Source: Lama glama (Eukaryota). Taken from it: a stretch of 64,000 nt of DNA. The stretch spans positions 56,112,001-56,176,000 of the forward strand of contig CM052816.1 of the NCBI GenBank assembly GCA_028534125.1, read 5' to 3'. The translations under genes were made by a program, and so were the position numbers. The notes under the pieces are model-generated. The model had not been told where the DNA came from, did no database searches, and saw nothing but the letters and a program-made list of their open reading frames with translations. This document shows positions 62,921 through 64,000 of the stretch, one piece after another. Position 1 is the stretch's first letter, and each line of letters opens with the position of its first letter.

Positions 62921-63562
62921 GTAGGTACTTTGTGACTAAAAGTACATACTCTTCTTAATACAAAGGATATATATATATGCTTAGCAAACATAGATGACTG
63001 GTAACACCTAAAAGCATCAAGGCTCTGCTTTAGAGACATGTCGTTTCATCCATAGGGAACTATTGGGAATTTGGACATAAATTGCTGGGGGAATCCAGGG
63101 GATTTCAGCAGCACAGGGTGGATGGGGTGGGGTGGGAGGTCTTTTTCAGTCCTCCTCAAAGGTTGAGGTCTGCTGTACCAAAATGTGTCACCACCCTAAG
63201 TGACCATTTATTTTTCCCATTCCAAGTGCTTCTCTTACTTCTAGCATTGCCAACTTTCAAGTGTCCTCCTCCCCACAGCCTCTCCTGCTCTAGGACAGGT
63301 ACCTGAGTCAGGCCAGCAGAGTCATCTCACCAAATGCTGGGTCCAGGGAACACTTTCGAAGCATACCCAGACTACTGCTGGTTTTCTGTCCTCCACAATA
63401 CTTACCAAATTTCTCCTGAAAAAAATGTTAAATGAGCCATTTAGAAGAAATGATATGATATGGTTAATCCTGACCTTTCCTGATAATGGTCAGAAGATCA
63501 GCAGGAAGAGAGACCTGAGGCTTGACTTTGCTGCCATAACTGACTGACATTATTTTGATTAG

Positions 63563-63691
63563 GGTTATTCAACTGTGCTTCGAACGCTAACATCAGGCTC
63601 AGCTACTTTTGCCTTAGAACTGTCTAATTACCAAGCCATGAATCCTCAAGACCAAAGTACGCTGCTCGGCCGGAGAAGGGGCTTGTCCTAA
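63563..63691 (+). CDS. GFM2: GFM2 exon 21 (last coding)
   Basis: [19 protein letters not shown]...RRRGLS-TAA; all coding exons sum to 2331 nt = 776 aa + stop. Confidence 0.96.
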   Translation, partial: GYSTVLRTLTSGSATFALELSNYQAMNPQDQSTLLGRRRGLS

Positions 63692-63919
63692 GTGCGTAAG
63701 GTCCTTGGACAGAAACCACCTACTTCATTTTCAGTAAGAACAATTTAAAAGGATACTTTATAGAATGAGCAACATGCTTTGATGGTGAAGGTTAGTGAAT
63801 GCACTGTGTATCTATGAAGTTACTACTATCATTAGTAAGTACTCAGTTGCTTGGAATAGCTGGTTGATTTTAAGCTGCTCTCACAAAGATGACAGTCTTC
63901 TAAATGTATAGTAAGATAG

Positions 63920-64000
63920 AGATTCAATCAATAAAAAGATCTTTTATTTAAAAACACGATTTTAAAACATGATTTTAAACTCAAGTTGATTGTAGTACAG
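63920..64000 (-). other. HEXB: HEXB 3'UTR end with poly(A) signal (63948-63943)
   Basis: Minus strand reads ctgtactacaatcaact...aataaaagatctttttattgattgaa, resembling the HEXB mRNA end as I recall it; HEXB lies tail-to-tail with GFM2 in mammals. Confidence 0.7.
63930..63935 (+). terminator. GFM2: GFM2 poly(A) signal AATAAA
   Basis: AATAAA about 240 nt after the stop. Confidence 0.75.

Noticed and set aside
1..64000. Prokaryotic systems (CRISPR arrays, operons, defence islands)
   Set aside because: The window is spliced mammalian DNA; no regularly spaced repeat-spacer array was seen

Overview
Mammalian genomic DNA, probably camelid (inferred from tRNA-Ala-derived vic-1-like SINEs; I saw no ruminant or pig SINEs). 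It covers the FAM169A-NSA2-GFM2-HEXB syntenic block. Contents: the last three coding exons and long 3'UTR of FAM169A (+); complete NSA2 (-, 6 exons, 260 aa); a CpG-rich bidirectional promoter; complete GFM2 (+, 20 coding exons, 776 aa mitochondrial EF-G2/RRF2); and the extreme 3' end of HEXB (-), whose poly(A) signal faces that of GFM2. Introns contain a near-full Tigger1, MITEs, LTRs, L1 fragments and SINEs. The most unusual observations are: (1) two tailless insertions of 5' tRNA-Gly halves (TCC and CCC), each ending in the anticodon loop, with a target-site duplication (TSD) and a 4-nt 5' extension, both antisense to the host gene; (2) an L1 insertion whose TSD duplicated a GFM2 splice donor; (3) an L1 lineage with a swapped 3' end; (4) a poly(A)-tailed LTR-like retrocopy; (5) a candidate unannotated FAM169A exon. 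No clearly new multi-gene system is evident. Repeat family names and tRNA identities come from recalled consensus sequences, not from a search.
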